Shown here piece after piece: positions 9,705-18,577 of a stretch of 64,000 bases of DNA. A program made the position numbers and the translations under genes. The stretch covers positions 64,001 to 128,000 of the forward strand of contig CAXXRD010000003.1 in the NCBI GenBank assembly GCA_963663895.2, read 5' to 3'. The notes under the pieces are model-generated. The model worked only from the letters and a program-made list of their open reading frames with translations. It had not been told where the DNA came from and searched no databases. This DNA comes from Dehalococcoidia bacterium (lineage in GTDB: Bacteria; Chloroflexota; Dehalococcoidia; Bin125). Position 1 is the first letter of the stretch; each line of letters begins with the position of its first letter.

Positions 9705-10829
9705 ATGCGCACTGTTCTGACGAGCACGGCCTCCGCACTAGCGGCAGCGATAGTGGCTGCCCTCATTGTGCTCGCGCTTGTCGGCAATGACAGTCCGGCA
9801 AGCGTAGATACGCCGCCGCTGGCGAGCGCGGCGACGCCCAGCGTAGATGGGCCAGGCGATCGATCCGGCGACATACCGTTGACGGTACCTTCGCAGGAGG
9901 ACGGCGCAGCGATCACGGCGGGACCAGCGGCGCAAGGGGCCGCCGTGATCGCCGGGGCGTTCGACCCGATCGCGATCTTCGAGGCGGTGGCGCCGGCCGT
10001 GGTCAGCGTTCTCGCCGACGGTGGGGCCGGGACGGGATTTTTCGTCAATGCGAGCGGCCACATCGTGACGAACTACCACGTCGTGCAAGGCGCTTCGGCC
10101 GTGAAGGTAGGGCTGAGCGACGGTGTCACCATGGATGGGACCGTGCTGGGGTTCGACAGTGCCAATGACCTCGCGGTCGTGCGGGTAGAGATCGAGGGGC
10201 GGGTGGTGATACCGGTACGGCTGGGAGATTCCGATGCGCTGATCGTCGGCGAACCTGTCGCGGCGATCGGGCATCCCTTTGGTCTGCAGCGCACCCTGAC
10301 CACGGGCATCATCTCGGCGACGAGTCGGACGCGGCCGCCCTTGTTGAGCGGTGGCCGCTTACAGCGAGGGTTAATCCAAACCGATGCGGCGTTGAACCCG
10401 GGGAATTCCGGCGGGCCGTTGATCAATGCCGCCGGAGAGATGATCGGTGTGAATGCGACCGCGGAGAGTCCCGTGCGCGGCTCCGTGGGGACGAACTTTG
10501 CCGTGCCGGTGAACCTGGTTACGCGCTTCCTGCCGCAGATGATCAGAGGTGAGGCGATTCAGCATCCCTGGATCGGGATCAGCGGCGGGGTCCCGGACGG
10601 AGGTTCCGGTCTGCCGATCAGTGCCGTGGTGAGCGGGAGTCCGGCCCAAGCTGCGGGGCTGATCGGGGGAGACCGGATCGTAGCGGTGGCCGATGAGCCC
10701 CTGAACGATTTCGATGAGTTGGCTGCGCTGATCGATGTGCGGGCGGTGGGTGAGACCCTGCCATTCCAAGTGCTGCGCGACGGAGCGACGCTGGAGGTGC
10801 CGATCACCTTGGCGCCATGGCCGGCATGA
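9705..10829 (+). CDS. htrA: HtrA/DegP-like trypsin serine protease with PDZ domain
   Basis: [26 protein letters not shown] catalytic triad; C-terminal PDZ; N-terminal TM/signal. Confidence 0.9.
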   Translation: MRTVLTSTASALAAAIVAALIVLALVGNDSPASVDTPPLASAATPSVDGPGDRSGDIPLTVPSQEDGAAITAGPAAQGAAVIAGAFDPIAIFEAVAPAVVSVLADGGAGTGFFVNASGHIVTNYHVVQGASAVKVGLSDGVTMDGTVLGFDSANDLAVVRVEIEGRVVIPVRLGDSDALIVGEPVAAIGHPFGLQRTLTTGIISATSRTRPPLLSGGRLQRGLIQTDAALNPGNSGGPLINAAGEMIGVNATAESPVRGSVGTNFAVPVNLVTRFLPQMIRGEAIQHPWIGISGGVPDGGSGLPISAVVSGSPAQAAGLIGGDRIVAVADEPLNDFDELAALIDVRAVGETLPFQVLRDGATLEVPITLAPWPA

Positions 10830-10984
10830 GGCCGGTCCGATGATGGCGTCACCCCGGCATAGCGCGCGGCACTCGTCTCCGACCACGCCAGCGCTCAGGT
10901 TCGTGCCGCGCAGGAGGCAACTACTGGTGGCGAGAACCGAGCGCTCGCGTTACGGACTCGGAGATCGCATCCCGCGCGTCCAGT

Positions 10985-11454
10985 GAGCGCGGTTTGATCC
11001 AGACCGACGCGGCTATCAACCCCGGCAACTCGGGTGGGCCGCTGATCAACGCGGCCGGTCAAGTGACCGGCGTGAATACCAGTGTGGAAAGCCCGATCAG
11101 GGCATCGGTGGGAGTGGGATTCGCGATCTCAGCGAGCGTGTTGCAGCGATCTCTCCCTCGGGTGATCGCCCGGGGAAATATCCAGCATCCCTGATCGGGA
11201 TCGTCGGGCAGGACGCGCCGAAGGGAGTGCTGCTGGACACCGTCATCGACGGAAGTCCGGCCAGCCAGGCAGGGCTGCGGACTGGAGACGTGATCCAGGC
11301 GATCGCGGGCGCGCCGATCGAGAGCTTTGCGCACCTCGCGCGGTTGGTGGACGGGCTTGAGGTCGGTGAGACGATCGCAGTGGATCTCCTGCGAGAGGGG
11401 GTCGCCGTCGAGCTAATGCTGACGCTGGGGGCATGGCCGGGACGGACTGGTTAG
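10985..11454 (+). pseudogene. 5'-truncated, frameshifted second htrA copy
   Basis: [20 protein letters not shown] plus PDZ; CATCCCTGATCGGG versus CATCCCTGGATCGGG in the intact copy (1-bp loss near 11192-11194); His/Asp half absent. Confidence 0.75.
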
Positions 11455-11474
11455 CAACCGCTTGGTCGGGTCTG

Positions 11475-12554
11475 CTACCCGGCCTCGGGCGAGGGCGTTG
11501 CGTGCAAGGGGTAGCGCTCTTCCACGAAAAAATCCCAAACCATCGTGGAGATGTTCTTCGTAAGCCGCCAGGCTGTCAGTTGGTCGAGGTTGCGCTGCAT
11601 GAACACCCCGATCGCGTAGGCATAGGTCGATTCGTCCCGGTCGAACTGGACGATGGCGGTGTCGTTGACGGCGTCGGCATTGAGCCAGTAGGTATCGGCG
11701 TCACTGGGAATGATCCAGCCGATCTTGCGCGCGATGCGGGCTTGAGGAGGGAGGCCGCCGGCGAGGCCGAAATCGCTAAGGGCAGAGTTCAGCCGCTCAA
11801 GAAAAGCGCGCGAAGCCTCACGGTTAAGTGCGGTGCCATGCCAGAGAACCGCGAGCGTATTGACGGAGTCAAGGGCGGTCGTGAGGTTGCTGTTGGCAAC
11901 GTAACCCTGTGCTTGCTGTGTTACATAACCAGGATGATGCGTGAGGACGCTGTAGTGGGCGCCGAATCGCCGCATCTCTTCGTTGATCGCCTCAAAGCCG
12001 ACCATCTGCGCGAGGGTCGCCGCTGCGGCGTTCGACTGGTTAACGAATACCTCGAAAAGCAGATCGTCGACGGTTTCGAACGGGAGGAGTCCGTCTTGTA
12101 CAGAGCGCCAAGCGCTGAGGCCGATGTAGACCTTGATCACGCTGCCGGCGACGTGCAGGGCTTGGCCATTGATGTGGAACCGCTCGCCGGTTTGTAGATC
12201 GACCACGGCCACGGCAACCTCGCCGAGGTGGCCGTTGATGACCGGAAGGAGCTCTCCGCGAAGGGCATCGAAAGAGCGGGCTTGATCCCGCTGATAGTGC
12301 ATCTGCACCTGCAGGAGCGTATTGGGACGAACAGCGTGATCGAAGGAGGTGGCGCTGCTGGAAGAGGGCTTGCTCGCGGAGACCGTCGGCGCTTGGGCGA
12401 GTTCATGCGTGGCAAGAGCGGCCGCGAGAGTGACGGCGGCGAGGATAACGGCGTGGGAGATCACGGGAGCCCGCAGCATGAAGGCGAGAAGCGGGAGAAG
12501 CTGAGGCGCGCGGAACGCTGCGTCTTGGGAGCTGCGGCGACGAATCAATCCCAT
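11475..12554 (-). CDS. Serine hydrolase, class A beta-lactamase/PBP-like, exported
   Basis: GSVIK (SxxK), QSN, KIG motifs; VNDTAIV; N-terminal hydrophobic stretch. Start uncertain. Confidence 0.8.
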   Translation of the reverse strand: MGLIRRRSSQDAAFRAPQLLPLLAFMLRAPVISHAVILAAVTLAAALATHELAQAPTVSASKPSSSSATSFDHAVRPNTLLQVQMHYQRDQARSFDALRGELLPVINGHLGEVAVAVVDLQTGERFHINGQALHVAGSVIKVYIGLSAWRSVQDGLLPFETVDDLLFEVFVNQSNAAAATLAQMVGFEAINEEMRRFGAHYSVLTHHPGYVTQQAQGYVANSNLTTALDSVNTLAVLWHGTALNREASRAFLERLNSALSDFGLAGGLPPQARIARKIGWIIPSDADTYWLNADAVNDTAIVQFDRDESTYAYAIGVFMQRNLDQLTAWRLTKNISTMVWDFFVEERYPLHATPSPEAG

Positions 12555-12719
12555 AACTTCGTGAAGATGCCGGTGGAGCTACCTGGTGCTACTGGCGATC
12601 GAGGCGACATGGTTACGGTTCACTGCAGTGCCGTTCAATGGAGCCTCGAAAGTGGGCCTGCTTTCCCAATGCTCTCTGTGGCCGCTTCGCCGGCGCCGAG
12701 CCCGCCGGATGGGGGTCTT

Positions 12720-13421
12720 TTATTCGGCGACGGTGAAAGCCTTCTCGAGTGCGATGGGGTCGAGGATGGTGACGCGCTGGCGCCGAACCTCAACGATGCC
12801 TTGCTGACGCCAGGCCTGGAGCTGCTTATTCACGGCCACGCGGCTGGCGCCAATCATGCTGGCGAGGTCCTGCTGACTGACGCGCAGGTCGATCTCAATG
12901 CCGGCATCTGCGGGGATGCCGTGCTCGTCGGCGAGGACGAGGAGCCGGCGAGCAAGGCGGCCGGGCACGTCTAGGATGTAGGCGTCCTGGATGGATTGGT
13001 TCGTCTGACGCAGGCGGCGGACGAGGACGCTGACGATGGCACGGCATGCATCCGGATAGCGATTGAGAACTTCCTGGAAGTCGTTGCGCCGCAAGCTGAC
13101 CATCTCCGTATCGTCCAGCGTGGTGGCGGACGCAGAGCGGGGCTCGTCGTCCAAGAGCGACATCTCGCCGAAGACGTCGCCGGTGCGGAGAATGGCGAGG
13201 AGGACCTCACGCCCATCGGTAGAGGGGATGAAGATCTTCACCGCCCCTTCGATGACGATGTACAGCATGGAGCCTTCGTCGCCGGCGTGAAAGATGGCAT
13301 GGCCGGCCCGGAAGCGGACGGGCCGCAGGCGCCGGGCGAGTTCGCCTAGGAGAGCGGGCGTCATCTCTTGGAAGAGAGGGACGCGTCTGAGAAGGTCGGA
13401 AGAGCCGGCGTCGCGAGTCAT
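12720..13421 (-). CDS. Crp/Fnr-family transcriptional regulator
   Basis: FGEMSLL...PRSASA cNMP-binding cassette; SQQDLASMIGASRVAVNK HTH. Confidence 0.92.
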   Translation of the reverse strand: MTRDAGSSDLLRRVPLFQEMTPALLGELARRLRPVRFRAGHAIFHAGDEGSMLYIVIEGAVKIFIPSTDGREVLLAILRTGDVFGEMSLLDDEPRSASATTLDDTEMVSLRRNDFQEVLNRYPDACRAIVSVLVRRLRQTNQSIQDAYILDVPGRLARRLLVLADEHGIPADAGIEIDLRVSQQDLASMIGASRVAVNKQLQAWRQQGIVEVRRQRVTILDPIALEKAFTVAE

Positions 13422-13528
13422 CTGCAGTCAGCCAGTCATGGTGCAGGCCGCGCGAAGCGATCGACCGCGGGAGCAACTTACGGTTGATGCTAGCCGTCGG
13501 ATCGGAGTGACGCCAACACCTTGTGTCG

Positions 13529-13750
13529 TTACGCGGCCTGAAAGGGAAAGCGGTAGCGTGAAGGAGCGCGAGTCCGGTGCGCAGCGGGAAGGGTCGCGAC
13601 TGGATTGGCGATAGCGCGGGTCGTGGGGGCCGACCGGGAGACAGGGCGGCCCTCCTCGACCGGTCCCGCCAACGCCCCCCCCCACCATTGCCAGAGAAGC
13701 CAGGAGCCGATTGCGGCAGTGAGGAGGAGAATGACGACGGTAAGTGCCAT
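13529..13750 (-). CDS. Small single-TM hypothetical protein, predicted LexA-regulated
   Basis: N-terminal TM (VVILLLTAAIGSWLLWQWW), AGAGGA SD, strong upstream promoter. Confidence 0.6.
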   Translation of the reverse strand: MALTVVILLLTAAIGSWLLWQWWGGALAGPVEEGRPVSRSAPTTRAIANPVATLPAAHRTRAPSRYRFPFQAA

Positions 13751-13789
13751 AGCGTCCTCTTTCGATTTCCGCCGACTCGGAATCGATCC

Positions 13790-13845
13790 GAACCGGTGTG
13801 CGGAACATCCGTTCGTAATCTATGCAGACTTTAGAACACGTGTTC
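13790..13845. promoter_or_regulatory. LexA (SOS/Cheo) boxes GAAC-N4-GTTC: two perfect, one degenerate
   Basis: GAACATCCGTTC 13803-13814, GAACACGTGTTC 13834-13845, GAACCGGTGTGC 13790-13801. Confidence 0.75.
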
Positions 13846-13856
13846 CTCCCTGTCAA
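13828..13856 (-). promoter_or_regulatory. Sigma70-type promoter TTGACA-17bp-TAAAGT
   Basis: Minus strand reads TTGACA gggaggaacacgtgttc TAAAGT. Confidence 0.75.
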
Positions 13857-13873
13857 CGTAAGAGTGATCGCCG

Positions 13874-14323
13874 GTGACGATTGCTGATCTCGAAGCGGTC
13901 AATCTGGATCCGGATCACCTGGCGGATTTGGTGGTGCTGGCGGAGGCGCTGACTCGGATCGGGATGCTGCGCACAAGGGAGCGGTCCGGCCAGTTTTCCA
14001 TTCACAATTTCCGGCTGCGGGCGGCGTACGACGCAAGCGAGACCTTGGTGGTGCTGATGCGGGCGGGGATCTGGCGCCGGCATACGTGGTTCTGCGCGGT
14101 TCGGAACCGCCAGGCACAGATGGAGTTGGCGGTGCCGCGTCCCATGGAGCGCGACTGGGAATGGTGGAGGGGAGTAGAGGAGATTCGAGACCGCCTCATC
14201 GCGAGCGAAGTCTGGCAAGAGGCCGTGGGTGATTCCTTCGATGTCCTGCAGAGCAGCCATGCCCAGCGACTTCGTGAGGCGCGGCTGCTCGTAGGTAAAG
14301 GGAGACTCCCAGAGGGCTTCTGA
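13874..14323 (+). CDS. Hypothetical protein divergent from the SOS-box region
   Basis: 149-aa ORF with protein-like composition filling the gap; no motif recognised. Confidence 0.55.
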   Translation: MTIADLEAVNLDPDHLADLVVLAEALTRIGMLRTRERSGQFSIHNFRLRAAYDASETLVVLMRAGIWRRHTWFCAVRNRQAQMELAVPRPMERDWEWWRGVEEIRDRLIASEVWQEAVGDSFDVLQSSHAQRLREARLLVGKGRLPEGF

Positions 14324-14368
14324 GCCTGCTCGAAGCGGGAAAGATCGTGCCGGAGCGCTCTATGAGGG

Positions 14369-15154
14369 TTAGTCCACCGAGCTGAGGAAATCCTTGAGTA
14401 GTGCGATTAACGTGGGGAACTGCTCCATGGTCATCGTGTGGCCGCAGTTCTCGATGATCTCGAGCCGGGCGCCGGGGATCTGACGGCTCATGATCACGCT
14501 GCCGCCGGGCGGCGCCACTTTGTCGTCGGCTCCGGCGATGATCAGAGTGGGGCAGGCGATACGCGCGAGCTCGGCGGTGTAGTTGTAGCTGCTGACGGCG
14601 CGGCCGGCGGCGGCGTAGGCGGGGCCGTCATTGCGGAGACGCTGCGACGTGTACTCGGCAACCTCGGCTGGATGCGCGCGGGTGTAGGCGTCCGAGAAGG
14701 CCAGGGACCCGCGGTCGCCGATCACGGCCTGCAGCCCCTCCTTCTCGATCTTGTCCGCCATGCGCGCCCATCGCTCGCGGGCTTTCTCGTTCACCTCGCT
14801 CGACGTGCCCATCGGGATCAGCGCTCGCGTCCGAGCCGGGTAGTCCAGCGCAAAGCGCTGAACGATGACCCCGCCCATTGAGTGGCCGATCTGGGCGGCC
14901 TTGTCGATGCCGATCTGGTCCATCAGCCCGCACAGGTCCGCGGCCCAGATCTCTGGGGTCACCGGGCCGGGCGGTTTGGAGGACTCGCCAAAGCCGCGGA
15001 CGTCCCAGGTCGTGACGCGATAGCGCTTGGCGAGCTCCCGGGCAGTGCCGTCCCACACCTCAAGGCGGCCGCCCATCCCATGCGTGAGGACGACGTCGGG
15101 CCCGTCGCCCTGCATCTCGTAGCGCAGCTCGATTCCGTTGACTTGGGCACGCAT
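14369..15154 (-). CDS. Alpha/beta hydrolase (3-oxoadipate enol-lactonase-like)
   Basis: HG oxyanion motif, DVRGFGES, GHSMGG nucleophile, GH near C-terminus; SD before ATG 15154. Confidence 0.88.
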   Translation of the reverse strand: MRAQVNGIELRYEMQGDGPDVVLTHGMGGRLEVWDGTARELAKRYRVTTWDVRGFGESSKPPGPVTPEIWAADLCGLMDQIGIDKAAQIGHSMGGVIVQRFALDYPARTRALIPMGTSSEVNEKARERWARMADKIEKEGLQAVIGDRGSLAFSDAYTRAHPAEVAEYTSQRLRNDGPAYAAAGRAVSSYNYTAELARIACPTLIIAGADDKVAPPGGSVIMSRQIPGARLEIIENCGHTMTMEQFPTLIALLKDFLSSVD

Positions 15155-15525
15155 CGTTGGCTGCTCCTCACCAGGCATCCTGATAGTTAATGATACTCCG
15201 CCACACGGCCCGAAGCATCACTTGCACAGTGCAGGGTCCGAGATGGGAGAAGGTAGGCCTCATCTGAAAGAGAAGCAAAGGGATCATAGATAGCGTTCAG
15301 AGGCAAGACGATGATCATCGGTCAGATCGGGATCAGGCTGATAAAGGGCTGCCGACCGATTGCGACTGAGTGGGGTCTTCTTGGTAGAAGGGTCTGAGAT
15401 AGCCGGATCAGGCGGACAGGAAGCGGAAATCTCACAAGCCGAGTTGTCCCCATCACTGCTTTCGTTATGAGATATACACTTCTGCGCGGGAGACAATCGC
15501 TTCTGGATGGTCAGTCGATTACGGA

Positions 15526-16803
15526 TTGATCTATCTTGTCGACATGCCGATCCACGACGACGGTGATACGATCAAAATAGCAGGTGCGGTCAATCGCAGC
15601 GCGCAAGTGAATTATTTTGCCATGTCCTGTGATCGAGTGATAAATAAACGTGGCTTTGAAGAAGTTAGGGTTATACTAAGAAATATGGGGAGTAGCTTTC
15701 CGAATACAGAAGTGCCGATCGCTGCAATCGTTAATTACTACGAAAAGCAAGGCGTTAACTTCCACTTGGACATTGACTCGACTGGAGAATTTTTCGCACG
15801 AGTGTTTAATCCCCACACCGGCGATCGCATTAATGAGGCTAATGCGTTGACGACAGTCTGGGCCTTCGATAGCGAAACCGTCCATCCCGTAGCCACCAAG
15901 ATATCTGAAGCTGTGATCGAACAGGTCGAATTTGGCAACGGCGCGCACACTGCGTTCGACTGGTGCTTGTTCGAAGTCATGGATAACGTGCTTAATCATT
16001 CTGAGGCAGCCAACGGATACGTTGAAGTGCAACTTCATCCCAATAGCGGGCGGATGGCAGTATGCGTTGCGGATCAAGGGATTGGGATCTACAGTTCACT
16101 GCGCCATTCCCGGCATGCCCCGCGTTCAGAGCTGGACGCAATAACGCGCGCGCTGAAAGAGAATGTGACGAGGGATGAGGAAGTTGGTCAAGGAAACGGC
16201 CTCTGGGGCCTAGAGCGGATTGTCGAGACGAATCAGGGCAAGCTCGCCATTCGATCTGGCAGATCCTTACTATCTTTGGATAGATCTATACGTACTCCAG
16301 GATCGGTATCGACATCCGAGAATGAATTTAGTGTCGATCAATACCAACGTGGAACTTGCGTTGACTTCCAATTGGATATCAGCCGGGCTATCAACCTTGA
16401 GAATGCTATCGGGCATACACCTGTGAATCTGGTTCTCGAAAAATTTTTCATTGAAGCAACGGGAGACAGTGTGGTGCGGATTGCCGATTCTGCGCACGGA
16501 ACAGGGACACGCGGCGCTGGACGTGAGTTGCGTACACTGGTCTGGAACATCCTGATTGAATCTCCACAACGAGCAATCTTGGATTTCGAAGGCGTTCCGG
16601 TCGTATCATCTAGCTTCGCTGACGAATTCCTGGGGAAGCTCGCTGCAGAAATGGGATTCACTGCCTTCAATCAGAGAGTTCAATTGAAGGCTGTGAGCCA
16701 AACCGTGAAGGGCATCGTGGACCAGGCGGTTCTCAAGCGAATCATCTTTTCTAACTCGACAGAACAAGTTCGGCACCCTTCGGATGAAGATTTAGATAAT
16801 TAG
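15526..16803 (+). CDS. HATPase_c (anti-sigma/kinase-like) plus C-terminal STAS-like DUF4325 protein; AT-rich
   Basis: EVMDNVLNHS (N box), VADQGIGI (G1), GQGNGL (G2); LDFEGVPVVSSSFADEFLGKL. Start may be ATG 15544. Confidence 0.75.
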   Translation: MIYLVDMPIHDDGDTIKIAGAVNRSAQVNYFAMSCDRVINKRGFEEVRVILRNMGSSFPNTEVPIAAIVNYYEKQGVNFHLDIDSTGEFFARVFNPHTGDRINEANALTTVWAFDSETVHPVATKISEAVIEQVEFGNGAHTAFDWCLFEVMDNVLNHSEAANGYVEVQLHPNSGRMAVCVADQGIGIYSSLRHSRHAPRSELDAITRALKENVTRDEEVGQGNGLWGLERIVETNQGKLAIRSGRSLLSLDRSIRTPGSVSTSENEFSVDQYQRGTCVDFQLDISRAINLENAIGHTPVNLVLEKFFIEATGDSVVRIADSAHGTGTRGAGRELRTLVWNILIESPQRAILDFEGVPVVSSSFADEFLGKLAAEMGFTAFNQRVQLKAVSQTVKGIVDQAVLKRIIFSNSTEQVRHPSDEDLDN

Positions 16804-16894
16804 CTAAGCGAGCCTCCTTCGCTGTTTCGGCTAAAACAACACGACGACTCTGCGAAAGGCCTAGAAGAGAAACTGAACGGAAAGCTTCCTGAGT

Positions 16895-17834
16895 GAGAAT
16901 TACATACTTAGGTTGACGAGCCCGTCAATGGTTGGGCGCACGGGAGAAAGAAGGAAACAGTGAAGAATCTCATCATCGCCGCCTGCGTGGCGGTCATCGC
17001 CATCGGCGGCTCGGTCAGCGTGTTCGCCGTTTCTGATCCCGTCGTAGACGTTCGTGTCTGGCAATCTGTCACGGATGAAAGTCTTCTCTATGTCAGCACG
17101 AAGCCCGCCGGGGGGTCTTGGACTACACACAACACCGCGCTCGATATGAGCGAGATCAGCGCGTCCGGCCGCTTCCGCCAAAGCAACTTTATTACTGTAG
17201 ATGCGGACGGCAGCGTGACGGTTGCAGGATCAACGCCCTCGGCAGACACCAATTCGTCAGATGCATCGTCAACCACGACCACGCACCCGACGTTGGGAAC
17301 CCAAACGAGTGCTGGCTATTGGACGATTGATGAGGAAACAGATCCGATTACCGACGCGCGCATCGTGTGGGCGACGACTATCGCCAGCGCCGTGGTCACA
17401 AAGGATTGGGGATATTCCACCTACGACAACCCGTATATTGGTATTCGCTGCACAGGATCCACGCTTGAGGCCTTCGTTCGTTTCGATACCTTCATTGCCG
17501 GACAGATTGGGAACGATCGCGTGCCTGTGCTCTATCGAGTCGATAGCCAAGCCTCAGTTCGTGAGCAATGGAGTGAATCCACAAACAGTGTTGCAATCTT
17601 TGCCCCCCAACCTGCGACATTCGTCCGTGCGCTTCTCACCGGGTCGCAGCTCGTGGTTCGGGCAACGAGCTTCGATAGTGAGGTTCTAACCTTGACCGTG
17701 CGCGTTACGGGTCTCGCCGACGTACTTGGCAACCTCCCGTGCTATCGACCTTCAAGCGGATAGCGTGTGTGGGCTGCCACGACTGCCGAAGGCGGCGGTG
17801 ACGGCCCGTCCGTCAACTTAAGGATGTAATCCCC
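16895..17834. mobile_element. Non-autonomous TIR-bounded cassette (IS1595-like MIC) with passenger gene
   Basis: 24-bp TIRs GAGAATTACATACTTAGGTTGACG / GGGGATTACATCCTTAAGTTGACG (20/24); flanking 8-bp repeats TCCTGAGT (16887-16894) and TCCTGGGT (17835-17842); no transposase inside. Confidence 0.75.
16960..17763 (+). CDS. Secreted protein; C-terminal domain resembles the VasI/TagO-like family
   Basis: Sec signal peptide, Ser/Thr-rich linker, then W..DEETDPITD...IRC...YRVD...W..ST...FAP pattern; AAGGA SD. Confidence 0.7.
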   Translation: MKNLIIAACVAVIAIGGSVSVFAVSDPVVDVRVWQSVTDESLLYVSTKPAGGSWTTHNTALDMSEISASGRFRQSNFITVDADGSVTVAGSTPSADTNSSDASSTTTTHPTLGTQTSAGYWTIDEETDPITDARIVWATTIASAVVTKDWGYSTYDNPYIGIRCTGSTLEAFVRFDTFIAGQIGNDRVPVLYRVDSQASVREQWSESTNSVAIFAPQPATFVRALLTGSQLVVRATSFDSEVLTLTVRVTGLADVLGNLPCYRPSSG

Positions 17835-17859
17835 TCCTGGGTGGTCGTCGCTAACAGGG

Positions 17860-18453
17860 TTAATCACCCGAGGTTGGTGCGAGTTCTTGGTCTTTCATCT
17901 CCTCGGGCGGGTGGTAGTAGCAGTAGGGCTCCTTCTCCGCCCAGTCGAGCGTGAAGAGCATCTTGGCCCAGCCGACGTCGACGCAGAGAACCACGGCGAG
18001 CTCCGCGATCTGCGCGTCGCTGTAATGCTCCTGCATCTGCGCCCATAGGTCCTCATCGACCTCGCCGTAAGGATCCGTAAGGGCCATCTTGCTGGCAAAG
18101 CGCAGGGCCGCCTTCTCGGCCTCGTCGAAGGGACCGTTCTCGAAGTCGTCGAGGGCGTCGATCTGCTCTTGGGTCACGCCGTTCCGCTTCGCCGAAGCGG
18201 AGTTGATCGTGTTTCAGAAATGGCAGCCGTGCAGCTTCGAGAGCCGAAGCTGCGTCATCTCCTTGATCTTGATGGGGACGACGCCGCCGTAGAAGAGCTT
18301 GGCGTAGAAATCCTCCCACAGGAACTTGCTGACGTGCGGCGCGTTGGCGATGAACTCGATCCAACGAGTATCGAGGCCGACGGCGCGGCAATCGTCGAGC
18401 CACTGCTGTTCGTGCTCTTGCATCTCCTCGCGGGGTACGCGCCGCAGGGCCAT
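17860..18453 (-). CDS. AhpD/carboxymuconolactone-decarboxylase-family selenoprotein (CxxU, Sec80)
   Basis: Track ORFs 18214-18453 and 17860-18177 are in frame across TGA 18214-18216: LSKLHGCHF-U-NTINSAS...EKAALRFA; hairpin downstream; 197 aa. Confidence 0.85.
18183..18201 (-). promoter_or_regulatory. SECIS-like hairpin
   Basis: UCCGCUUC-GGC-GAAGCGGA, 12 nt after UGA; CACG/CGUG lower stem. Confidence 0.7.
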
Positions 18454-18577
18454 GGCTTCCTCCTCTTCCCTTGCTCAAGCAGGGCGGATGACTGGTAGTC
18501 ATGCTGATCGTGGCGCGTTAGCGTGGCATGTCAAGGTCGTGACGCGGGTCACAGACGCTCTTTGGAGATGGATGGGG

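Noticed and set aside
11192-11194. TGA in the htrA duplicate as a third Sec codon
   Set aside because: It corresponds to a Trp codon missing one base, homology continues in another frame, and there is no SECIS-like hairpin.
11475-12554. Bona fide beta-lactam resistance gene
   Set aside because: SDN and KTG motifs are divergent and no clear omega-loop ExxLN is present; more likely a PBP-like serine hydrolase.
16960-17763. Type VI secretion system
   Set aside because: Only one VasI-like domain and no core tss genes in the window.
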